The translations under genes and the position numbers were made by a program. From Bdellovibrionota bacterium (GTDB taxonomy: Bacteria; Bdellovibrionota_C; UBA2361; JAFLCA01): a stretch of DNA of 64,000 nt. Positions 43,409-52,409 of the stretch are shown one piece after another (positions within the stretch are counted from its first letter, which is position 1; each line of letters opens with the position of its first letter). The notes under the pieces were generated by a model, which ran no database searches, was not told the DNA's origin, and was given only the letters and a program-made list of their open reading frames with translations. The DNA lies in assembly GCA_044347745.1 (NCBI GenBank), contig JBIKUD010000004.1, positions 2,132-66,131 on the forward strand. The letters run 5' to 3'.

Positions 43409-44148
43409 TTCCTCCCCGCATTATCCCTACCTTACTTTTGGATAGCGGCAAGCTCGTTAAAACTACGCGTTTTAAGTCTCCCCGCTATATTGGAGATCCT
43501 ATAAATGCGGTTAGAATCTTTAACGAGAAAGAAGTTGACGAACTAATCGTCATCGACATTTCAGCGAGCCTGCAAAAACGGGAGCCTCCCCTAAAATTAA
43601 TTGGGGAACTGGCAAGTGAATGTTTTATGCCACTTTGTTATGGTGGAGGGATTCATACCCTCGGCCAAGCCCGAGCAATAATTGATAGCGGGGTTGAGAA
43701 AATCTGCTTCCAGAGCGGAGCCTTTCAGAATTTAAACCTCATTGAAGAGTGTGCCAAAAATTTTGGCTCCCAAGCTATAGTGATTTCTATCGACGTGAAC
43801 CGCGGTCTCTTTGGTGGCCTAAAGCTGCACTCTGCAACGGGACTGCACCCAAAATACTCTCCAGCTGAGTTTGCTCAAACGGCCGTAAATGCTGGCGCGG
43901 GAGAGATTTTACTCTGTGCGGTACACCGCGAAGGTACATTTGAAGGTTATGATTTGCCCCTCATTCGAGAAATAAGTTCCTGCGTCAGCGTTCCCGTAAT
44001 TGCCCTTGGCGGCGCAAGAGATTACCAAAACTTGCTCGATGCGATTGAGGCCGGCGCATCCGCTGCCGCGGCAGGCAGTTTGTTTGTCTATCATGGCCGA
44101 CATAAAGCGGTGCTTATCAATGTGCCCAAATCAGCGGTTAATGCTTAA
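43405..44148 (+). CDS. Imidazole-glycerol-phosphate-synthase cyclase subunit HisF-like (WbuZ-like)
   Basis: (beta/alpha)8 HisA/HisF family, 247 aa, coupled to HisH-like gene. Confidence 0.8.
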   Translation: MIPPRIIPTLLLDSGKLVKTTRFKSPRYIGDPINAVRIFNEKEVDELIVIDISASLQKREPPLKLIGELASECFMPLCYGGGIHTLGQARAIIDSGVEKICFQSGAFQNLNLIEECAKNFGSQAIVISIDVNRGLFGGLKLHSATGLHPKYSPAEFAQTAVNAGAGEILLCAVHREGTFEGYDLPLIREISSCVSVPVIALGGARDYQNLLDAIEAGASAAAAGSLFVYHGRHKAVLINVPKSAVNA

Positions 44149-44163
44149 CGCTTACTGTATGAG

Positions 44164-44493
44164 GAGCGTTTTTCGGATTTTCACGGAGAACGGGCGCTGT
44201 TTGAATGGGGCGTTTTTGCCCGAGGGATGAATCGAGTTTTCAACTCTTAGTTTCTCGTTCTCCCTCAAAATGCGTTCAGACGAGGCGCGAGGCTTGTGTG
44301 GCAACCGAGTGGTACAGAATGTACCTCGCAGGGAGCCTCCAAGCCTCGGAACAAAGTATGAACGCAACGAAAAGCGCATCCAGAATTGCAAGGGATTGAG
44401 CTCTTGGTGCCCCCTTCCCTGCAATGATCTAGGGCAAATCACGAGCTCAACTCCCCGCAATTCAGAGCGTTTTTCGGATTTTCACGGAGAACG
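44164..44493 (+). repeat. Copy 2 of the structured repeat element (plus orientation), flanked by perfect 29-bp direct repeats
   Basis: DRs GAGCGTTTTTCGGATTTTCACGGAGAACG at 44164-44192 and 44465-44493; hairpin 1 at 44272-44365, hairpin 2 at 44396-44450. Confidence 0.85.
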
Positions 44494-45281
44494 AACCATT
44501 TAAAGGGGATACACGGCTTCCTATACAAATGCGGGGGTATCTTATCTGCAATTTCAGCGTGAAACTCGGGAAGTTTTGACCAATGCAGTCCGGGTTTTAC
44601 ATGATGAGCTGTATGATACCCCAAGTTGCCGGTGCAGAGATTATAGGTTGGATGCATTATATTATAAGAGGCTTCATACTCATTAGGGGTATCTAATCCG
44701 GCGTGATGATAGTAAGTGTGCCAACAAGTGGCGATGTATCCCCAAGTCATAGGAAGCCAAAACACAAACAGCGCAGGCAAAGGTCTTTGCACGGTCAAGA
44801 GAAGCAGCACACAAGCCACAAGGAATGTCGCGCTTAGAAATCCGCGTTGGTACTTTGGATGCTGTCTTCCTACTTGAAAAGCTCGCCAATACCCCGTTGC
44901 CGCGATGGTAAGTGTATACTCAACGGCACCCATAGTGGTGCCGTCTTTACGCTGCCATCCTGACTCGTCTTTCTTTTGATCGGTGTAATTAATGTGATGA
45001 CCCAGCACGTGGTGCAATACCCAGGCGTTTGTCGTAATGCCTGTGTGCAAGGCATACACTATTTCGAGCATCCGATTCAGAATCAAAGATTTAAAGGTCG
45101 GAAGATGCTGGTGATGGTGATTCCAGGAGCAAATACAGGCCTTTGGGAAGAGCATTAATACGAACCAGAAGCTTAAGTACCAAGGTGAATCAACGAGGGC
45201 GTACACCAGCAAATCAAAGGCAAATAACCCCACTATAATAATAGTGGGACAACGGTCAGCCTGATAACGAAAAATGCCCAT
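44439..45281 (-). CDS. Membrane fatty-acid-desaturase-family (di-iron His-box) protein
   Basis: His boxes HHQHL, HHVLGHH, HTAHHVKP; start set to internal Met to avoid 90-bp overlap; last ~20 codons and stop come from repeat copy 2. Confidence 0.6.
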   Translation of the reverse strand: MGIFRYQADRCPTIIIVGLFAFDLLVYALVDSPWYLSFWFVLMLFPKACICSWNHHHQHLPTFKSLILNRMLEIVYALHTGITTNAWVLHHVLGHHINYTDQKKDESGWQRKDGTTMGAVEYTLTIAATGYWRAFQVGRQHPKYQRGFLSATFLVACVLLLLTVQRPLPALFVFWLPMTWGYIATCWHTYYHHAGLDTPNEYEASYNIMHPTYNLCTGNLGYHTAHHVKPGLHWSKLPEFHAEIADKIPPHLYRKPCIPFKWFVLRENPKNALNCGELSS

Positions 45282-45295
45282 ACTACATCCTAAAC

Positions 45296-46765
45296 CTAGG
45301 TTCCCACCGCGCTTAGTACACTTGACGCTTGCTTGGACCACTGCCCCCGGCCAAGCGAAGTCAATTTCATTCGGCGGCGATGCCAATGACGGGTAAGCTC
45401 GTGGGGCGTGCCAACAAATATCGTCGGATCGCTTAACTGCGATTGCAATAACGCTAAAAAACTATCGGTAAAACCAGCAAAAAGCCATTGGTTGCATCCC
45501 GTTTCCGTATGCCAATCAACCACGGCGCAGAGTCCCCTCTCCTGAATTAATTTAAGTACATGCATTGCTGCTTCGAGCGCAATTCCTTCATCGGAAAATC
45601 CTCTTAACTTTGCATCTGCTGTTGGCAAGACGTGTTTCTCGAGCAAACAGGTTGGAAACACATACATATCAAGCGGTTTTTCCCGTTCAAGGTCATATGG
45701 TCGGTACGGTAAGGCAGTGCCAGCCCGAAATCCTGGAATATCTCTCCAGGCAATCGACATGTCATAGCGAAAGCCAGCATTTACATGTTTTCTATGCGTT
45801 CGATGCGGTTTTTCCCAATCAAGAGCCCAGTAATGATGCCGCAAACCCCAAATGGGAGTTTCAAGTTTCTCCTCCAAAAACTTTTTGGCATGAATGAAAT
45901 AATCCAAAGATTTTTTAGCCTCGATACCTGCATGCAACCCAAACTCCCAGCCCTGCTGGCTCAAGGTTCTTAGCGGCTGCCAAAGCGCATCATCTGTTTT
46001 GGGATGAAAATAACTTTTACAATCATTCAGAGTTCTATGAGTGCCAAAAGCCGCTGTAGAGAGCAAAAAGCAAGACTTGGCAGCAAACTGATTCTCAAGG
46101 TCGGCCCAATTTTGGAAGCAAAAATAAGGATCCTGAATAATCGGGGCCCGGCGCGCTTTAAGACTTGCCCAGAGTAAATCTTTGTAAACCGGCAACCGGC
46201 GTCGAGCCCATTTCGCTACCAACGCACATAGTTCGTTCATAGACCCAAGTTGAAGGGCGTCGGTGTCATGTGTAACAACGAGGGCAGATTTTTTTCCTCC
46301 TGGCCAAAGCGTTTCGGTTTCGCCGAGGAGATTTTCGTACCTCGCTTTAAACGCCAAGGCACACTCATCAACCAGCGGACGGGCAGCAACCGCCTGCCTC
46401 CACTCAGGAAGCACAGAGGAATAGAATATTCCGCGATCATCACGGCAGTTCTCTCCAATTTCTTGCTCATCTAAGAAAGTGAGCAAGCGAAAAGTCAGGC
46501 CAATACAATCGAAGCCAGGCTCAAGGTAATTTTGGTAAGCTTGCCGAAGAGTTGCCGATAATTTTTTTTCGAAATACCATTCAGGCTCACAACGAATTAC
46601 TTCCTTCCCGCTCAGCGCAGAACAGTTGGAATTTGTGTAGACCCAATGAGCAGACTCGATAGTATCTTCTAATTGCAGGGCCACTCCCAGCCTGAGCGCA
46701 AATTCCTGCCACGCATATTCAACGCGCGGTCTTAGTTGTGAGGGAACATCAATAAAAAGCTTCAT
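45296..46765 (-). CDS. Hypothetical protein (possibly carbohydrate esterase/deacetylase-like)
   Basis: 489-aa ORF in the polysaccharide locus; motif VVTHDTDA and His-rich segments; no confident family. Confidence 0.45.
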   Translation of the reverse strand: MKLFIDVPSQLRPRVEYAWQEFALRLGVALQLEDTIESAHWVYTNSNCSALSGKEVIRCEPEWYFEKKLSATLRQAYQNYLEPGFDCIGLTFRLLTFLDEQEIGENCRDDRGIFYSSVLPEWRQAVAARPLVDECALAFKARYENLLGETETLWPGGKKSALVVTHDTDALQLGSMNELCALVAKWARRRLPVYKDLLWASLKARRAPIIQDPYFCFQNWADLENQFAAKSCFLLSTAAFGTHRTLNDCKSYFHPKTDDALWQPLRTLSQQGWEFGLHAGIEAKKSLDYFIHAKKFLEEKLETPIWGLRHHYWALDWEKPHRTHRKHVNAGFRYDMSIAWRDIPGFRAGTALPYRPYDLEREKPLDMYVFPTCLLEKHVLPTADAKLRGFSDEGIALEAAMHVLKLIQERGLCAVVDWHTETGCNQWLFAGFTDSFLALLQSQLSDPTIFVGTPHELTRHWHRRRMKLTSLGRGQWSKQASSVLSAVGT

Positions 46766-48216
46766 GGTACACTCTTACTGAGCTGAGAACGAAGATTCAA
46801 GGCCCGCCAAGCCCACCATGCGACCATACACAACAACGCAAGGCAAAATTGGATCAGCACTGAATCTAACACGAGCGAGAGCAACACGAGAATAAAAAGC
46901 GAACTGCCCAAGCTCATGAGAATTGAGGCACCCAATGCAATCAAAGCTGTAACAGGCATGCCCGCGTAGGAATAAATAAACCAAAGATAAGCAACATGAT
47001 ACAAGACCGCACACACGGTAAATGCCTGAACCACCACAAGAGAGCTCCCGCCCCCAGCTAACAACAGATAGACAACAGCCATATTTATTAAATCAGCAAC
47101 AAGCTGCAACAAAAAGACCACCCGCTGTTTGCCCGCAACTTCAAATATACGCTCTGGCCAGCTCGTGAAGGCTAAACAATAGCCCACCACAGCCATCACA
47201 CTACAAAAAGTTCCCGCTTGGGCCCATTGCTGCCCCATCAGCAAAGGGAAGAGCTGCGGAGAAAACCACACAAGCAGCGCGAGCCCCGGAGTAGCAAACT
47301 CTGCCAAAAGCTGCATCAAACGTCTCGTCAGCTTTGTAAACGCTTCAGTACCTAAAGAAAGCGCAGCTTCCCGAAAAAATACCCTCCCCAGCGATACCGA
47401 AAGGACCGCCATCGGCGAAAAAAGCAAAGTGCGACAAAGCGCAACGTAACCCGCATCAGCATTTCTCCCAAACGCCAATAAAAAGACCGCCAAAAATCCG
47501 CCCGAAAAATTAGTAAGCAAAGAATGTGGAATATTGTAGAGCGGGAAAGCGCGGTAGTACCAAGCTACCTGAGACAGATACCCGAGCTGTCTCTTGCGAT
47601 TTTGATAGATGCGCTGACATTCGGCGGTCAGTTGGCGCCAGAGTGGAAGTAGGCCCACAAAGCGCCCTGCTGCATGGCCCCAGAGTAGCCCCGTGCTGCC
47701 AAGACTAGCGCAACCGATTTTGCCGGCGGCTGAGGCCAACTGCATAAGGAGCATATTTTGGGACAAGCTAGCATAGCGCTCTTTCCGATTGAGCACATAC
47801 GAGCCAAATTCGGCCAGACCGACCACTGCGACTGTCAGTGGTAAGGCGATAAGCCAAGTTGAAGGTACAAGCTGAACGTAATAAAATCCTATCAAAAGCA
47901 GAGCAAAGAGGATTAGAGATAAAGTTATCACCAATCCCACCCCCATACAGGTCACCGCAGAAGCCCGACGCGGATTACGTGGAAGCAGCACCGCAAGCTC
48001 ATAGCGTCCGGTAACCACAGCCCCGCATAGCCCGGCTGCAAGCATAAAGGCAGCATAGTTACCAAAGGCTTCTGGAGAATAGAGCCTCGATAAAATGGGT
48101 AATACCGCAAAAGGGACGAGCTGGGCACACACCGAGCCCGTAAGTAGCACTGCCGCCTTCTTTAAAAGCGTTCCCATAGAACGGGTATTGGTGTTGACGT
48201 CGGTGTGCGAAAGCAT
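46762..48216 (-). CDS. Wzx-like polysaccharide flippase (MOP/PST family)
   Basis: ~12-14 TM helices, 484 aa, polysaccharide-biosynthesis-protein N-terminal pattern. Confidence 0.75.
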   Translation of the reverse strand: MLSHTDVNTNTRSMGTLLKKAAVLLTGSVCAQLVPFAVLPILSRLYSPEAFGNYAAFMLAAGLCGAVVTGRYELAVLLPRNPRRASAVTCMGVGLVITLSLILFALLLIGFYYVQLVPSTWLIALPLTVAVVGLAEFGSYVLNRKERYASLSQNMLLMQLASAAGKIGCASLGSTGLLWGHAAGRFVGLLPLWRQLTAECQRIYQNRKRQLGYLSQVAWYYRAFPLYNIPHSLLTNFSGGFLAVFLLAFGRNADAGYVALCRTLLFSPMAVLSVSLGRVFFREAALSLGTEAFTKLTRRLMQLLAEFATPGLALLVWFSPQLFPLLMGQQWAQAGTFCSVMAVVGYCLAFTSWPERIFEVAGKQRVVFLLQLVADLINMAVVYLLLAGGGSSLVVVQAFTVCAVLYHVAYLWFIYSYAGMPVTALIALGASILMSLGSSLFILVLLSLVLDSVLIQFCLALLCMVAWWAWRALNLRSQLSKSVP

Positions 48217-48339
48217 CTTAGTGCGTAGGCCAATTCCCAGAATTATTGAGACCTGATGTTTTAAGTAAAAAAACTATTGAGCCCCTAGCCTACTCTTAGG
48301 ATATAGTTAGCTCAATCACTTATCCGCCCTTCACAACTC

Positions 48340-49488
48340 ATGAAAGCGTACCAAATATGTAATTCCTGTGTCATGGATACAAGCGATCCTCAGATTCGCT
48401 TCGATTCTCATGGCGTATGTAATCATCATGCTGAATATGCCGACACCTGCGCCTCTCAGCTTTTGCCCTCTCCCGCCCGTGAACAGGCACTTGAGCGTGT
48501 CGTTGCTCAAATGAAATCTGAAGGTAAAGGCAAACCGTATGACTGTGTCTTGGGACTTAGCGGCGGCGTAGACAGCTCCTACATGGCGCTACTGGTGCAC
48601 CGACTCGGACTACGACCTCTCGTCGTGCATTTTGATAATGGATGGAATTCAGAGTTGGCAGTAAGCAACATAGAAAAAATCCTCACCAAACTTCAATTTG
48701 ATCTCGAAACTTATGTCGTAGACTGGGAAGAGTTTAGAGATTTACAAGTCGCTTTCCTCAAAGCATCAGTTGCGAATGCTGAGTATCCTACCGATCATGG
48801 GATATTCGCCTGCCTCTACCGCTCCGCCGCCAAACACGGAATTCGTTATGTGCTGAGCGGGAGCAATCTACAATCGGAGGGGATTCTTCCTGCCAGCTGG
48901 GAATATCACTACATGGACTATCGCCACCTTCGGGCTATTCACGCTCAATTTGGCACTCGACCACTTAAGACGTTTCCCACACTTAGTTTTAGCCGCTACC
49001 TTTATTATTTCTACGTTAAGCGACTGCAGAAGGTACGGTTATTGCAGTTTGTCGATTATCACAAAGAATCCGCTATAGCTGAATTAAAGAATTTTTTTGA
49101 TTGGCGTTATTACGGCGGAAAACATTACGAATCGTTGTTTACAAAATTTCATCAAGGTTTTTATCTTCCTAAAAAATTCGGAATCGACAAGCGCCGAGCC
49201 CATCTTTCATCGTTAATAGTCTCGGGGCAAATAACGAGAGAGGAGGCCCTGAAGGAGCTAGAAAAGCCGGCGTATCCAGAAGCCGAATTGGAAACTGACC
49301 TAAACTACATGCGGAAAAAGCTGGAACTAAGCGAAGAAGACTTCAGCCAAATCTTAAATTCGAAACCTAGGGCCTATTCCGAATACCCCAACAATAATAA
49401 GTTGTTCGAATTTTTGCGCTCAGGTCGTTCAAATCTTCGATCACTGATCCAGCACCGGCAAAACACATTCAATCCAAAGCCGGTGTAG
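48340..49488 (+). CDS. N-acetyl sugar amidotransferase, WbuX/WbpG/PseA family, paralogue 2
   Basis: Same 4-Cys N-terminus and PP-loop LGLSGGVDSSY; nucleotide stretch GGAATTCAGAGTTGGC shared with paralogue 1. Confidence 0.8.
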   Translation: MKAYQICNSCVMDTSDPQIRFDSHGVCNHHAEYADTCASQLLPSPAREQALERVVAQMKSEGKGKPYDCVLGLSGGVDSSYMALLVHRLGLRPLVVHFDNGWNSELAVSNIEKILTKLQFDLETYVVDWEEFRDLQVAFLKASVANAEYPTDHGIFACLYRSAAKHGIRYVLSGSNLQSEGILPASWEYHYMDYRHLRAIHAQFGTRPLKTFPTLSFSRYLYYFYVKRLQKVRLLQFVDYHKESAIAELKNFFDWRYYGGKHYESLFTKFHQGFYLPKKFGIDKRRAHLSSLIVSGQITREEALKELEKPAYPEAELETDLNYMRKKLELSEEDFSQILNSKPRAYSEYPNNNKLFEFLRSGRSNLRSLIQHRQNTFNPKPV

Positions 49489-49491
49489 TCG

Positions 49492-50280
49492 ATGAAACTT
49501 GCCCTTCTTGGAATGCCAGACAACGACAACACCCGCCAATTTAGGCTGTACTTAGAGTCTGAGTTTGCGGACTGGGAACTCTCAGTAATTTATTGGAAGC
49601 CTGATTTTAGAAATCAGCTTCAAAGAACCCTGCGTAAGCTCAGACTGGCTGGTGCAAAGGCCACCACTCAGAGAATTTCTCAAGCACTCAAAATTAAAAA
49701 ATCGAGACGGAGGAACGAGCAATTCCTAAAATACGCCGATACAACAAAAGAGTTTTGGGTATCCCATCATAACTCCGAGCACTGCGCCGAAATTATTATA
49801 AAGCAAAAAATCGACCTGGTTCTGCTCTCAACCGATGCTATTTTAACCAAAAAGGTACTGAGAGCCCCTCGACTACTCACCCTGAATGCTCACCCTGGAC
49901 TCACCCCCCGCTATCGCGGGCTTGGCTCCCTTTTTTACATGCTTCAAGATGGGCTACAGCCGGTAGTCAGCGTTCACGCCGTCGACGAAGGTATAGATAC
50001 AGGGCCGCTTTTATATCGAGAAGTGGTGCCGGTTGACCCCAAAACTGGCTTGGAGTCTATAGTGAACACCGTGCTTACGCAGCGACTTTCTATTGTTGGC
50101 AAAGTATTGCGTGCTATCGAGTTAGATGGTCCCACATATCAAGATACCTTCTTAGAGCAAAGTGCGATGACCAGAGGCATGCCACTTGCCGAACGACAAA
50201 ATCTCGACGAAGCATTAAAAACCGGAAAGATACAATTAACTCTCCCCCAGCATGAGTTTCAGGATAATTGGGCGCCCTGA
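49492..50280 (+). CDS. Formyltransferase-domain protein (sugar N-formyltransferase-like)
   Basis: Formyl_trans_N signature NAHPGLTPRYRGLG (cf. HPSLLPxxRG). Confidence 0.7.
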   Translation: MKLALLGMPDNDNTRQFRLYLESEFADWELSVIYWKPDFRNQLQRTLRKLRLAGAKATTQRISQALKIKKSRRRNEQFLKYADTTKEFWVSHHNSEHCAEIIIKQKIDLVLLSTDAILTKKVLRAPRLLTLNAHPGLTPRYRGLGSLFYMLQDGLQPVVSVHAVDEGIDTGPLLYREVVPVDPKTGLESIVNTVLTQRLSIVGKVLRAIELDGPTYQDTFLEQSAMTRGMPLAERQNLDEALKTGKIQLTLPQHEFQDNWAP

Positions 50281-50417
50281 TTTTCTAAACGCCGTTTAAT
50301 TTACTGTTGTCAGTTGAACTACGCACATGTAAATATTTTTCTAGTTCCCGTGCGCTGTGCGAAGCTACTGCATCATTATAGAGAACGCACCGAGCTTGAG
50401 GTTTAAAAAGGTAGGCT

Positions 50418-52340
50418 GTGGTATCTCGATTAGAAACTCTCCTCATTCGTGTTAGACTCCCCCTCATTCTGTGCCTAGGGCTTATTCTTACCTCCCTCAG
50501 CTACACCCTAGCCTTAGGCCTACGCTTTGATTTTGATTGGAACGAAGTATTTCTTCTCGATCGCTTTTTATTGCCCTGGAGCCTCCTTCTTTTTTATCGG
50601 GCAGCCAGTTATTCGTTTTTTCAATTAAATCGCGGTTATTGGCGTTATGCTTCAACTCAAGACCTTATAGACATCATTAAGGCACACGGGCTTTCGAGTC
50701 TATTTTTAACCGCAACAGCTCTATTTTTGCGTCTGGAAGAATTCCCACGCTCCGTAGTTCTTATAGAACTCGCCATTTCGATTATATTTTGTGGCGGTAG
50801 CCGATTGGCAGTCCGTGTATTAGGTGAGCGCCTCGTGGCCCAGCAAGATATGGAGGAAGATACTGCCCGAGACGTAATCGTTATCGGCGCTGGTGATTCA
50901 GGGCATCTTATAATTAAAAACATGCTCAGTTTAAAGCGACTCTCGTATAGACCCGTAGCAGTGTTGGACGATAGCGACAATCTGCAGGGAGTCAACTTGT
51001 ACGGCGTGAAGGTAGTTGGACGAATCACTAATCTCGAAGAACAACTAGAAAAGTTTCCTAGAGTCAGCGCAGTTATTGTAGCAATTCCCACAATTTCGAA
51101 TACGCGTCTTCGCAGCATTGAGGCAGTTTGCAAAACCTTTGGAGTGGCACTTAAAAAACTCCAATCATTTGAAGATATCGCTTGCATCGACGCCTCTGTT
51201 AAGCACGAGGGCGTAAGCATCGAACAGGTGCTTGAAAAGAAAACTCAAATTGAACATGAAGATGAAATTCGTAGAGAACTGAATAATCGCACCATACTGA
51301 TTACCGGAGCTGGCGGCTCTATTGGTTCGGAAATTGTGCGCCAGGTCTGTTATTTTGACCCCCATAAAGTGGTACTTCTCGATAGCTCTGAATACAATCT
51401 CTTTCGAATGGAGCGAGAACTACACACAGCCTTTGAGCGTGGAGGAAAAAAAGCTGAATTCCGCTGCGTAGTGGCAAATATTGTTGATGCCGCGAGACTA
51501 AGCAAAATTTTCAGTTCCGAAAAACCTGAATATGTCTTTCACGCCGCAGCCTATAAGCACGTGCCACTTATGGAGCATAACTGCTACGAGGCCTTTCGTA
51601 ATAATGTAATTGGCACCAAAAATGTACTGGATGCCTCAGTGCAGTTTGGAGTGCGGCGCTTTGTGCTTATCTCCAGCGACAAAGCTGTGGCTCCGTCAAG
51701 CATTATGGGATGCTCAAAGCTTTTGGCTGAACTGCTCGTACAATGGTACTCGCATACCCAGCAAACCACAGCTAGCAATCACCCACTTGCCACCTCAATC
51801 GTCCGCTTTGGAAACGTGATCAACAGTACAGGCAGTGTCATTCCGATATTTAAAGAGCAGATTTTAAGTGGTGGTCCTGTGACTATCACCCACCCAGACA
51901 TGGAGCGCTATTTCATGTCTATTCGTGAAGCAGTGCGTCTTGTGCTTACCGCAGGGACTCTCGGTCAGAAAGGAGAAATTTATATTCTCGACATGGGACG
52001 CCCGATGAAGATTGTAGATGTAGCGCGTAAAATGATGGCGCTCTACGGTCGCCGCGACATTGAAATTGAGTACACCGGCATGCGGCCTGGGGAAAAGCTC
52101 ACGGAGGAGTTACTCACCTCGCATGAACTACGGGGACCAACTCGGTTTGATAAAGTAAACAGAGTGCAAAACTTTGAGCCACCAAGCATCGACATTTCTC
52201 GTTGGGTACTGGAGGTAGAACAAAAGCTGCCACGCCTCTCTGATACCGAGATACGAGATCTCATGTTTACGCTTGCGAATACTGCCTGCCCTTCGGCATC
52301 TCCAGTAGCGCAACCAAAGACAACAGCCAAAGTTGCCTAG
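50418..52340 (+). CDS. Membrane-anchored UDP-N-acetylglucosamine 4,6-dehydratase (WbpM/PglF/CapD family)
   Basis: Four N-terminal TM helices, then short-chain dehydrogenase ILITGAGGSIGSEI and CapD-type catalytic region; 640 aa. Confidence 0.85.
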   Translation: MVSRLETLLIRVRLPLILCLGLILTSLSYTLALGLRFDFDWNEVFLLDRFLLPWSLLLFYRAASYSFFQLNRGYWRYASTQDLIDIIKAHGLSSLFLTATALFLRLEEFPRSVVLIELAISIIFCGGSRLAVRVLGERLVAQQDMEEDTARDVIVIGAGDSGHLIIKNMLSLKRLSYRPVAVLDDSDNLQGVNLYGVKVVGRITNLEEQLEKFPRVSAVIVAIPTISNTRLRSIEAVCKTFGVALKKLQSFEDIACIDASVKHEGVSIEQVLEKKTQIEHEDEIRRELNNRTILITGAGGSIGSEIVRQVCYFDPHKVVLLDSSEYNLFRMERELHTAFERGGKKAEFRCVVANIVDAARLSKIFSSEKPEYVFHAAAYKHVPLMEHNCYEAFRNNVIGTKNVLDASVQFGVRRFVLISSDKAVAPSSIMGCSKLLAELLVQWYSHTQQTTASNHPLATSIVRFGNVINSTGSVIPIFKEQILSGGPVTITHPDMERYFMSIREAVRLVLTAGTLGQKGEIYILDMGRPMKIVDVARKMMALYGRRDIEIEYTGMRPGEKLTEELLTSHELRGPTRFDKVNRVQNFEPPSIDISRWVLEVEQKLPRLSDTEIRDLMFTLANTACPSASPVAQPKTTAKVA

Positions 52341-52409
52341 GCGCCATTTATTTCCGATATCGCCGCAGCGAAGTCCCTGTGGATATTAAATTTTATAAGG
52401 AGCCCCTGG

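Noticed and set aside
44270-44503. Short ORFs inside the repeat copies that share peptide starts such as MRSDEARGL and RSYFVPRLG.SLRGT (15381-15656, 15508-15729, 44152-44460, 44270-44503, 52716-52934, 61524-61763)
   Set aside because: The shared residues follow trivially from nucleotide conservation. The frames diverge or hit stops right after the conserved core (copy 4 gives MRSDEARGSWAE*), copies lie on both strands, and nucleotide changes are compensatory for pairing rather than synonymous. I call it non-coding.
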